Source: Entomortierella parvispora E1425 (lineage: Eukaryota > Fungi > Mortierellomycota). Taken from it: a stretch of 64,000 bases of DNA. The stretch is taken from contig BQFW01000007.1 in assembly GCA_020891255.1 (NCBI GenBank), positions 1,178,001-1,242,000 of the forward strand, in the 5' to 3' direction. Every line of letters starts with the position of its first letter. Positions within the stretch are counted from its first letter, which is position 1. Below, piece after piece: positions 37,514 to 48,201 of the stretch. The translations under genes and the position numbers were made by a program. The notes beneath the pieces were generated by a model. That model had not been told where the DNA came from, did no database searches, and saw only the letters and a list, made by a program, of their open reading frames with translations.

Positions 37514-40162
37514 ATGGATATGGATGAGAGCGACCGTTATAGAATGCCTGCTGGGACGACCACAGGCGCTCCTACTAGCAGCGCCAGCAACGGCTACAGA
37601 CGCTACAGCATGGGCGAAAGTGGCAATGAAAGTGGAAGCGATACCACGGCTTTACAATCCAATCAACATGTCAAGCGAACAAACAGCTTCACGAAGAAGG
37701 GAAGGTCTTCGTCCTCAGGAGGATTTGATCCGGACCGCATCCTGTTCCAAGCAGAAGACAATGACGATAATGACGACGAGGACGATCTTGTCTTGCATCT
37801 CAACTCGGACGCGTACGATCCCCAGAGTGCAGCTTCGACGGCCAAAGTACCATTGGTCTCGTACAAGAAAGCGGACTCGAGGCACTCTAGGACATCTGGA
37901 AAGCCAAAATCGACAGCACAACCTAAACGACAGGGAGAATATGGTCGTATTTCGCACGACTCTTTCCACTCGGGCTACTCAGAAGAATTCGAGGAGGACG
38001 ATGACCGAGACGACTTTGGGCAGGAGGAGGAGGATGTAGGGATGATGACGGGAAACCGAACAAACCGCAGCGGAATTGGCAACGGGGGAGGCGGCGGGCA
38101 TGGGACCAACGAAGATGCCAAGCTGCCAGATCAAGGCGGAAGTCTGTTCAACAGTTTCTTGAACATGGCTAACAGCATCATCGGCGCAGGTAAATGAAGA
38201 ACCAATGAACCAGATTGGATGTTGAAGGGCCGTCCGGGATTTTAGTCTGTTTCCAATTGCTGACCAGGAAGCTAACTTTTGATTTTTGCCCCACTTCTCG
38301 TAGGCATCATTGGTATTACAATCGTCAGAAATGCTACAGTGAGCGATATATAGAGCAGAAAAGGAGTACATTCAACCGGCACTAATTAGCAGATTTTGCT
38401 TTTGTTAGGTCTTCCGTTTGCCTTTCAGGAAGCTGGGTTGGGCATGGGGATCATCCTGCTCTGTGTTCTTACTTGGATTGTCGGTACGACATTGGTTTTT
38501 TTTTTTTTTTTTCGCCACCAAATTAGCGTATCATTTACCTGCTCACTCACCCTGATCGCCGTCTGTTGCATCTTAGACTGGACCGTTGGACTCCTCGTCC
38601 ACAATGGAAAACTTTCGGGAAGACAAACATACCAGGATCTTCTCATGTTTTGCTTTGGCAAGGCTGGGTTGATCATGATCTCTATCTTTCAGTTTATTTT
38701 CGCCTTTGGAGGTAAAGCAAGCACTCATTGGACCTCTCAGCCCACTTTCATTTGATACTGACTGTTACGAGGGACTCCTTGATTTGATTTAGCTATGTGC
38801 GCCTATACTGTTATTGTCGGTGATACCCTGCCACACGTTCTTCAAGCGCTCATCCCTGGAATTGAGACATGGCCATACCTTGGATTCATTGCCCGTCGAA
38901 CATTTGTGATCACATTCTGTACCGTCTTGATTTCATTTCCACTGTCTCTGTACAGGGACATCTCCAAATTGGCTAAGACGAGCGCTGTGGCTATGCTTGC
39001 TCTTGTGGTGATCATCATCGCGGTTATGATTGAGGGTCCCAGGACACCGACGGAGATTCGAGGAGACCCCACCCTTGTCTGGTCATTTGCGAGGCCAAAG
39101 CTCTTTCAGTCAATCGGAGTCATTAGTTTTGGTAAGGGGGTCGATGATTACCTCTATTTTCTTTGGACGCGAACCATTGTTTTGCTTGTGGGCGACCATG
39201 GCGATTAATAGGTCTATATCTTCTGTCTGATTTAGCGTTTGTTTGCCATCACAACTCGTTCCTCATCTTTGGATCGCTGCAAAAGCCTACAGTAAGGACG
39301 CCCGCCGATCCTTTGTCGAAAATAATATGAAATGCAGGAGCTTTTGAAAGGACTCTTGGAGTGATGGGCTAAACTGAGCCACCATTCTCTTTAGATGAAC
39401 CGGTTCAAATTAGTGACACATATGAGTATGACGGTATCTCTCCTTGCCTGTTTGATCCTGGCCCTGTCAGGATACATGGTGTTTTCGGACAAGACCCAAG
39501 GTAAGCAGCGCCTCCTTCTGATGGGGATTGATAGGTTGGATTCTTGACACAAGGATGAACTAACTCTTCTTTTTTTTTCGAATTCTTGGGAATAGGCAAT
39601 ATCCTGAACAACTTTCCATCCGACAATTTTATCATCAACATTGCGCGCTTTTGTTTCGGCGTCAACATGTTTACTACCCTGCCGTTGGAAACCTTTGTCT
39701 GTCGTGAGGTAAGACTTATGAAGAAACAAAACGGCGGCTGCCGTCGGACCTGCCTCCCCAGCAAAAGAACAAAACTAACCTGGCCACCTTTCTTCCTCTT
39801 TCTTTTCAACTCAACATCAGGTCATTGAAACCTACTACTATGCTGGACTGCCCTTTTCTATGAAACGGCACTTTATCATCACCACCGGCCTTGTCGGGGC
39901 TGCATTGGTGATTGCACTCTTGACCTGTAACCTGGGTTTCGTGCTTGAAGTCACAGGCGGATTCTCCGCTACTGCCCTGGCCTTCATCCTTCCTCCACTC
40001 TGCTATCTGAAATTGTCCTCGGGTTCGATTTGGAGTGTTTCCAAGATCCCTCATTTGGCGTGCCTGGCTTTCGGTGTTGCGGTCATGATCTTGAGCACCC
40101 TCTTCTCCTTGCAGCACTTCCTGGCACCTCCCGATGCGTCTGCATCCCAGTGCTCTATGTAA
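37514..40162 (+). CDS. AVT2: Aa_trans family amino-acid transporter (AVT2/SLC38A11-like), multi-exon with a 9-nt micro-exon at 38304-38312
   Basis: SFLNMANSIIGAG-IIG-LPFAF, PLSLYRDISKLAKTS, FQSIGVISFA-FVCHHNSF, NFPSDNFIINIARFCFG, LAFILPPLCYLKL. Confidence 0.92.
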
Positions 40163-40353
40163 CATTACTTTTTTTAAAAAAAATTATAATCGGGAAGAAT
40201 GAGAGAGATACAAAACCAAACACGATCGGCAGCAATTGTAGTCCTATGAAAAAAAAATAGAATAAATCTGCCGTTACCCTGGCGCATGTGCTTTTGTGAG
40301 TAGATACTTCTAATTTTTATATTCTATCTGTTGTCGTTGACAGGGGACATTCT

Positions 40354-42884
40354 CTAATCTTTCAGGGCAATCAGGATCATGTTTCTTGGACTTTCAACAA
40401 CATCAAAACCAGCCACCAACTGAACCAATCCTTTTTTTGAAGTCTTGTTCTCCAAGCTGGAGCTTTCATCGTCTTCTGTGCCCAGGATCGTCTCATGAAG
40501 ATGCATGGCTCTGTCCAGCAGAATCATACCTTCGTAGAGAGGCCCCAGCATCGTCCTCAAGGCCCAGAGGATTCCAATCCTGTACAACTCCTGCTTCAAG
40601 AACGCGTCGTACTCTCTCTGGGCCTCCTCAGGGGTGATAGCATCCACTGGCAACTTGAGTCTATTCAGCGCCGTGGCCACATAATGAGGAAAGCCTTTGA
40701 GTCGATGTTTACCCATGCGTCCCAGAACGGGTGCGATGGCTGGCGGGCCGGGGTACAAGGCTCGATCGACCATGAGTTTCTATTAGTATAGAGAAGAGAA
40801 AAAAAGAGAACAAAAGAGTAAATAAATGGACAAAAAACAAGCCAATTCGAGAACAGAACGTACAGACATCACTTACGTGCAAGAGAGCGCGGAAGTAATG
40901 ACCATGAATAGCATCCTCGGTCTCCTTTTGGTATTTGAGCCACCTCTCAGGTGATTGACAAGCAATCATCTTGGCGTGATCTCCCAGATGGGCTTTGTGT
41001 CCATTAAACACTTTGCTGAGAGGGAATCCATGTGTACCTGAATGTGACAAAGTCAATATAAGAATACAAGATCTCTCAAGAACCATCTTTTGTCCACAGT
41101 TTTCAGGCTTACCATCATTCATAACAACATTTCCATCCCGATCATAACGCTCGGTTATCCAATGGTAGCAGCAACCAACACTGAACAGACAGGTCGCTGA
41201 ACTTTCCAAATACAACTTGATCATATTACTCGTCAAATCGCCACAGGCATGAAGTCCACAGAGCGTCCATCGTTCGTCCTCCCCATCTTCCCTCTGAAAT
41301 CTCCTTTCTTGCTCAAGGCCTCCCTCGGAACCAACGACAGCAGCAGCATTCTCCCTTGGTTTCTTGGGGAAATGCTCTTTGAGTAGTGTCGGAAGCGTAG
41401 CGGCCGTAATATGATGGGTGATATGCTGCAGTTGAAAGTTACTGCCTGGGGTCGTTGCCAGTTTGGGGTCGTTGGCAGAGTTCAGCGCAGCTGAGGTTGC
41501 AGTTACAGCGGTATTTGCGGCCGATTCTAGGTCCATGCTATCCAAGTGAACGTTGCCGTTGCAGCTGGAAGTGGAAGCTCCAGTCTTGGGTATATTTTGA
41601 AAAGCGTTCGAAGATCCAGAAGAGGTGGCGGCAAGATTCGAAGTGCAAGTCGTTGTCTTTTTGGCCCTCGCTTTTTTGACCCTGGTTGTTTTGCCAGGCT
41701 CTTCTCCAGTGGTGGCGCCATTGGATGTTGAAGATGCGCCATTGCCACTGTTGCTGTTGTTGCCGTGTGCAGGACTACTGCTCCTGGAACGGCGTACACC
41801 TGACTTTGTCTTTTTGCTGCATGCAGTCGTCGATGTCGTCGTAGTCGAACTTGATGGCGTGACATTGTTGACAGAGAGCGACGGCGAAGAGGTAGAGATA
41901 GGGCAAGAGCTTCCATTCAGGTCACTCGAAGTCCCTGCTGTCTCCATCGCCATTGCCTCCGCTGCTGCTGCTGCTGCTGCTTCACTCCGTGCCTGCTGTT
42001 TGGCTGCCTTCTTTGCCGTGCTCTTCAGCTTAGATTTGTTGACAAACAGCTTTTCTGTCCTCTTCTGAGTCGTCTGGGCTCCACAAGTCTGAATCGTATT
42101 CGAGTCCACGCCCAAGACACAGAGCTGATGTTGAAAAGCCAAGACACGACTGAGATATCCCTGTCCCGCTCCCAGATCGATAACAGACCCGATTTGATGT
42201 TCCTTTGCATAGGAGGCGATCAATCCGCTCAAGATCTCAACCTCGTGAAGTTTCTTGGGAGACATGCCTGGGATAAGATGGATATCCAATGTGTCTTTGA
42301 ACTTTGCGTCTATTGACAAGTTGTAAAATGAGTTAAAAACAATTTTTTGCTCTGGAATCCATCCAGAGTATGCCTCTGATGACTGAATACTGACGAGGAA
42401 AGAGAACGAGAAACAAACACTTACAGTCTGGGTCGAGGGTCCGGTTGATCGACAGTTTTTTCACCATGCTTACAAACGCCTTTAAGGACTCTGGCCAATC
42501 CTGAGGCTCCCCCTCCACTTCCGATGATGATAAGGAGGAGGAGGAGGAGGAGGAGGAGGAGGAGGAAGCAGACTTGAAGTCCCGGAGTTTGCCCAGACTG
42601 ACGAGCTCCATCAGATCCAAAGAGCTGAGCGTACCCTGCTCTGATTCAAAGGCTTTGCGCCAGCTCTCTGGCATCCTCGTCTCCCAGGAGTTTGTCGTGA
42701 AGTAATCAACAATCATCAACTCGGTCACTGGCTCGCACAGGCTCAAGAAGGACTGGAGACTATCCAGGTACTGCTCCAGACTGTCAAACCCGGGGGGGAG
42801 AAAGGAGTCTGCAGTTTTGGTCCTCTGCATCCTGCTGGCGTCGTTCTCTTTGGGCAACAATGATGCCGTGCTGATGCGATCCAT
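40354..42884 (-). CDS. METTL25: METTL25-like SAM-dependent methyltransferase (Methyltransf_32), multi-exon
   Basis: MSPKKLHEV, VIDLGAGQGYLSRVL, LGVDS, GLHACGDL, VGCCYH, and C-terminal LGPLYEGMILLDR...FDVVESPRNMILIALK. Confidence 0.88.
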
Positions 42885-43066
42885 GATTCTCTTGGCTCGA
42901 TGTCGGATCAAGAATGAATTTGAGAAGAAAGAGGAATGAAGGAAAGGTGTCCGTGGGACCTCAATCTCCACAAAAACGAAGAAAAAAAAACTTAAAAAAA
43001 CGGCCATTGCAGGCAACGTGGCTTGTGAGAAAAAAAAAATTGAAAACGTATGGGAGCAAAAGGAAA

Positions 43067-43137
43067 TGCGTGGTCCGGGAATCGAACCCGGGTCTACCGC
43101 GTGGCAGGCGGTAATTATACCACTAAACCAACCACGC
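43067..43137 (-). tRNA. tRNA-Gly(GCC), second identical copy
   Basis: Same 71-nt sequence as 18923-18993. Confidence 0.97.
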
Positions 43138-43203
43138 TTTTGCTCAATGGAAGCTGATTTCCAAATTCATCTAAGTTCCTGATTCTGAGAAAGACCGTGG
43201 AAG

Positions 43204-43229
43204 TCATGTGACCTTGTGTGATCACGTGA
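43204..43229. promoter_or_regulatory. E-box pair upstream of the second tRNA-Gly (TCATGTGA 43204-43211; TCACGTGA 43222-43229)
   Basis: 67 and 85 bp upstream of the tRNA. The first reads GTCACATG on the minus strand, matching the RTCACRTG CDEI consensus. Confidence 0.55.
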
Positions 43230-43663
43230 TTAGTATGTTGCGCGCGCGAGCGCACGCAAGGTAAAAAAAAACTTCCAGGTTCTTTGTTGCCAGACGACGT
43301 CCATTTGCACAACTGTCTTTGTACCTTCTCATTTCTTTACGGTTCGTTTTACATACATGACCCAAGATTGTAAAAGACTTTACGGTATGAGGGCGATAAC
43401 TCAACGCTATGACGCGACAGAGAATGAATCGCGTTTCTTTTATCAAATGTCTTTCTTTCGTTTTTTTTTTTTTTTTGGTGGTCCAAGGTAATGCACACGC
43501 GCTTTGAATACATGTAGAAAGGGAAAAAAAAAAGTGCTGAAGCTGATGCGATCATGGCGCCTGGAGCACTGAGAGGAGGATTTTGTTTTCGAAAACCAAT
43601 GCGCTTTATTAAGCCAAGTCTTGGATAAATACATAGAGCAATTGAAGGAGTCCATTGGCAAGT

Positions 43664-44614
43664 CTAGGCGTTGGCATTGGCATTAGCCTCCACGTTCAGG
43701 TTAGCGATCAGATTCAGGACACCACCCAAAAGCGTGGAGCGTTTCTCGGTGCAGGCTGTGGGGACTTCCTGGTTGTAGAAATGAGCCAGACGGGGTTGGA
43801 ATTCGTTCTCGAGGTTGACGCGCAAGGTCAGGACAGTGTGGGCATCATTCGAGTCCTTGCAGCCTGTCTTGCACACGAATTTGGAATCCACACTCGCCGC
43901 CACATCAATACCAGCCTGTGCTCCAGAGGGATCGGCACATTCGGTGCAAGACTGAGCAGCTGGGACTGGGGCTGGAACTGGAACGGGGGCGTCAGCGGGA
44001 GCAGGGGCTGGCTCGGCAACAACGGGGGCGGGTGGCGGAGGAGCAGCAGGCTCAGGAGCTGGGACGAGATCAGTGTTGGTCATCTTCTCAGTACAATCCT
44101 TTGACAAGCCCTCAGCATTGACGTTAGCCTGGATGCGATCCAAAACCATGTTGGTGATGAGGATATCCAGCTCAGCCATCTTGTTCTCAATCTCCTCCTT
44201 CTTGGACCAAGGCACGTCCATATTGGAATTGGAAGTCACAGTGGCCTTGATCGCAGGGGCAAGGACTTCGGGTGAGCACGCCTTCTTGGCCTCATCAATC
44301 TTGCCCTGAACAGCCACGGTAAGCGCGGCCTTTTCTTGGGGAAGGTCCTGGGTACCCGAAGTAACCTTGGCAGTATCGATCTCAACCATAAGATTATCAA
44401 GATGGTTTTGGGCAATGGCGGAGTAATGGTCTGCGGAAGCCTTCACGATCAAATCCAAGGCAAGTCCATCTGTATGGGTACAGTCAGCGCAACGTTTGGT
44501 GAGAACGTGGGCAGTAGCATCAACCTGGGTAACGTCTTGAGAGATCAGAGGCGCAGCGGACGCTAGAGTGGCGAGAGCGGCCGAGATCAAGAGAGTGCAA
44601 GAAGAGAACTTCAT
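43664..44614 (-). CDS. Secreted Cys-containing protein of unknown function, 316 aa, single exon
   Basis: Signal peptide MKFSSCTLLISAALATLASA, probable Kex2 site LTKR-CADC, helical regions, Pro/Ala linker, Cys pairs. Confidence 0.88.
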   Translation of the reverse strand: MKFSSCTLLISAALATLASAAPLISQDVTQVDATAHVLTKRCADCTHTDGLALDLIVKASADHYSAIAQNHLDNLMVEIDTAKVTSGTQDLPQEKAALTVAVQGKIDEAKKACSPEVLAPAIKATVTSNSNMDVPWSKKEEIENKMAELDILITNMVLDRIQANVNAEGLSKDCTEKMTNTDLVPAPEPAAPPPPAPVVAEPAPAPADAPVPVPAPVPAAQSCTECADPSGAQAGIDVAASVDSKFVCKTGCKDSNDAHTVLTLRVNLENEFQPRLAHFYNQEVPTACTEKRSTLLGGVLNLIANLNVEANANANA

Positions 44615-44712
44615 TTTTTTTAAAAAAAGAGAGAGTGAGTAGGGGGTGTTGATTGTTTGGGAAACAAATTGAAGGTGTTGGATGTTATGAGAAAGGATGA
44701 TGCCAAGGGTCC

Positions 44713-44719
44713 TTTTATA
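44713..44719 (-). promoter_or_regulatory. TATA box (TATAAAA) of the secreted-protein gene
   Basis: CTATAAAAGG on the minus strand about 100 bp upstream of ATG 44614. Confidence 0.55.
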
Positions 44720-45983
44720 GCAGTCTAATAGGGACAGGCTATGTCGAGCGTGGACCCTTTAGTTATCCGGAACTACCTTCTCCACTGTGCAATGGCCGGG
44801 ATTGCAGCTCATATGAGAACTTGGAACCTTTTGAAAGCAGAATCATGAGTGACAAAACGAACATGTCATTGAGAAACAGGAGCGCAAGGAACAGGGACCA
44901 GAACCCGCGTTCTTGTTAGCATGCCCTCTTCATGAACTAGGAACATAGAACGCCGTTCTATTTGCCACCACTTTCTGCGACTAATGGGTGTAGCGTATCG
45001 TCAGTCATCCTGCCACCCATTCGGTCGTTCAAGGAGTAACCTCAGTCACCTTCTTTCTCCCCAGTCAACATCCTTCAACAGATTCTTCATTCCGTTCGAA
45101 TGCAGTGAAGGCCATGAGCTACCACGCAGCGGTGTCTGCTCTAAGTGTCAGAATAAAACGTAAACTGAAAAGGAGGGAGGGAACCGTAGAGAAGTGTCCG
45201 GGGCTGTTGGTCATCGTCCGGTGTTGTTGGAATAACTCTAGGAGATTCTAGAGCCTTGAAAGGCAACCGACGAAGCGCGTTCGCGTCGCGTGGTTATTTT
45301 GAAGGTTGGTTGCCTCTCCTGTCTCCAACACCATCCAGGGGGAGCCTTTGGTCGTCTATATCGTCTATAGTGCGTTTGGGAGGATCCAGATCGTGTCTAG
45401 AGGGCACAAAAAGGAGAGGAAAAAACTCTTTTTCTTTTTGCTCGCACAGATCATCTCAAGAGCCTCCTTTTTTTTCTTCTTTTTTTTCCGGATGAAGGAT
45501 GCTATCCTGAGTCCGTTTCGTTGACAGCAAAGAGAGCCTGGGATCGTCAAGTTATGTCACTCGACCTTTGGAAGCTCATCAATGAAAGAGGACTAACTCT
45601 GAAGAAGCAAAGAGCTCTGCGCGCCTGTATGAATGATACGCCTAGAGAAAAGGAGTAGAGTGACGGCAACCCGATTCTCAAAGCCGGGTCAAATCGAGAT
45701 CGCTCTCCTCTGTGTTTGTTGTGGACGCCTTTTTCTCTCAATCCTTCGCCGCCATCGTTTTCCCAGGGGTCTCCTTTTTTTTTCCCGCTTTTGATTCCCA
45801 ACTCCACCAAAAGAAGGGCGATCATACACACTTGAGATCCTCTTTTTTTCATTCTCTTTTCCTTCTTTATCTCTCGTTCTCGTCCTGTCCTTTTCTTGCC
45901 TTCCATCCGAATCTTCGTTTTTGCTCTCTTCCCTTCACCTTTTCCTTCAGGACCGAAGAAACCGCAACTCAGTCGACAATAGA

Positions 45984-48092
45984 ATGACAACCTCCCCTCG
46001 CACAAAGACAACAGTCCTACTGGGTCTGACGGCGGCAGTATCGGTGTTGCTCTGTGCAACAACAACTATCAACGCCCTCCCGGCAGCCATTTCGCGCGAG
46101 CTCTACTTCAACGGCAATGTCATCACAGAAAGCAGCATCAACAACAATAAGATCCCTCATCGCTCTTCACCTTCCGTAGCGGACCAACATGAACCTTTCC
46201 CCTCCTCCTCCCAACAGAGGAGGGAAAGGAACCCGGATCACGACTCGATCCTGTTCGGTCCCCAGGATTTTGCCGTCACACGACCAAAGGATCGACCCCT
46301 TCGACCCCCTTCATCATCCCTTGCCAACCATGACGGCAACAACAACTACCAGGGTCATGATTTCCAAGTCTCCTCGTTTTTAGAATCCACCCGTGAAAGT
46401 CGCCGTCAGGCTGCAGCCGCGGCCGCAATCTCTGGGCAGTACTACCAAGCCAGTAGCAGAGAGCAGATCCTTCACCACTGCACGACCCATTTCTTGGCGC
46501 TTTTGGATTCAGAAATCTCGGATCGATTGGTTGCTCAACTCTCTCGACTGGTTATGATGCTGCCTGTAATTGGGGTCGAAACCCGCGCGGTGATGCGGAC
46601 AAAGGTCCTTCAGGTCATGGAAGATATTGTGGCCTCGAGTGGATTGACCCAGTATAAAACTTTACGGAGGGTGATTCAGACTGCCGTGGAAGATGCTGCC
46701 TTGTTGGAGCCATCCCCATTGCCCAAGAGAATAGGCAAAAGTGGGCGCCAACAAAGAGAAAGATCAGGACCAAGAAGGCAAAAATCTGGTGAAGAGCGGC
46801 TGGAGGTACATTCGTCCTATACCGACGAGGAGCCGGAAGATGCCGCTGAGAGTGATGATGTGGACAGTTACAGCGGCGGTAACGCTGAGGATGACGATGA
46901 TGACTCGGATTCAGTCTGGTTTCGTCTCCCGTCAGCACTGAAAAGAAAGACCTCCAGCAGTAACAACGATAATTCAATGGTGTTGAACGAGAGTGAAATT
47001 CCCGCGGTCACGGAGGTCGCCATGGAGGCTATTCTCGATTACATGGCTGAGATCTTGACACCAACGTTGGTCATTCACCAGCTCACTGAGGCTATCCAGT
47101 CTTCATTGCAGCAAATTTCAAAGCTAAAAAGCCTCCATGGCGACAACAACAATGGTGACGGTGGTGACAAGGATGATGTTGACCAGGATCTAGATATCAA
47201 CGCCCTTAGCAGCCAAAATATCGCGCGAGATCATCATAGCCTCGATCTCTTGAGCGACGATTGGGTCTGGTCCTCTTCCGTCCCCGGTGGCTCAGGACGA
47301 CTCGAGGACGAAGAAGAAGAAGGAGATTCGGACAGTCGTGGTCAAGATGAAGATCTCTGGGATCAAGACATGGAGCTCCATCCTTGGGACTCGACTGGCC
47401 GTCTCTTTGAAGACTTTGAGGACGAGGCTGCGGACAGTATTAGCAGCGGCAGTAGCAACATGGACCAAAACGAAGATCAAAACTCCTTCGTTTCGAACTG
47501 GGAAGTCTCGGCAGCTGGTGGCGAAGAGGATGAAGAGAACGACGATGACTTGAATCCATTCGCCATTGGCATCCAAGATCCTTCAGACACGCTACAAGAC
47601 GACGATGAGGACGATGACGATGAGTACTACAGCAGCAAGGATTTTGATGGTGATCAGACTTCATCCTCACCATCTTCCTTCGGGAACTACGCCCGGCAGA
47701 CCTACCTGAATCGATTCCAGAAGCGAAGCTTAGATGCATCCTCGGTGACGCTGGCCACAGAAACAATCCAAGAAGATCACGGTCCAGCCTCAGCGGAGAC
47801 GCAAGAGGATCAATCCCTGGAGGCATCTCTACGAAAACGAAGCGACAATGTCCTTTTGAGCAGGAGAAGACCCATCTTTGCACCCGACCCACGACTTGAG
47901 AACTTGTTAACACAGCTTATTGAACCTATGTTGACCTCGTTTATCGATGAGGATTTCCCAGCAAGTTGCAAGCGTGTGCAAGGAGAACTCATGGATGGTA
48001 TCATTTGGTCTCTTGATCAAACAGAGTCCAACAGCATCCAGGAGAGCAATGATCTCGACCGACTCGTCCTCCTTGCCGAGCTCGAATATTAG
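45984..48092 (+). CDS. Secreted acidic low-complexity protein of unknown function, about 702 aa, single exon
   Basis: ATG 45984, signal peptide VLLGLTAAVSVLLCATTTINA, helical islands separated by D/E/S-rich tracts, dibasic KR sites near the C-terminus. Confidence 0.82.
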   Translation: MTTSPRTKTTVLLGLTAAVSVLLCATTTINALPAAISRELYFNGNVITESSINNNKIPHRSSPSVADQHEPFPSSSQQRRERNPDHDSILFGPQDFAVTRPKDRPLRPPSSSLANHDGNNNYQGHDFQVSSFLESTRESRRQAAAAAAISGQYYQASSREQILHHCTTHFLALLDSEISDRLVAQLSRLVMMLPVIGVETRAVMRTKVLQVMEDIVASSGLTQYKTLRRVIQTAVEDAALLEPSPLPKRIGKSGRQQRERSGPRRQKSGEERLEVHSSYTDEEPEDAAESDDVDSYSGGNAEDDDDDSDSVWFRLPSALKRKTSSSNNDNSMVLNESEIPAVTEVAMEAILDYMAEILTPTLVIHQLTEAIQSSLQQISKLKSLHGDNNNGDGGDKDDVDQDLDINALSSQNIARDHHSLDLLSDDWVWSSSVPGGSGRLEDEEEEGDSDSRGQDEDLWDQDMELHPWDSTGRLFEDFEDEAADSISSGSSNMDQNEDQNSFVSNWEVSAAGGEEDEENDDDLNPFAIGIQDPSDTLQDDDEDDDDEYYSSKDFDGDQTSSSPSSFGNYARQTYLNRFQKRSLDASSVTLATETIQEDHGPASAETQEDQSLEASLRKRSDNVLLSRRRPIFAPDPRLENLLTQLIEPMLTSFIDEDFPASCKRVQGELMDGIIWSLDQTESNSIQESNDLDRLVLLAELEY

Positions 48093-48201
48093 ACTGCCCT
48101 TTTTTTTTGATCCAACTACATTCGCGATAGTCTACCATCGTGAACTACATATTGTACTGTACATAAACACTTTATTTGATCATGGATGATATGACACCTG
48201 T

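Noticed and set aside
41330-42050. ~240-aa low-complexity insertion in the METTL25 domain as a novel module
   Set aside because: METTL25 proteins carry a variable insert at this position, and the sequence is S/T/A-rich disorder.
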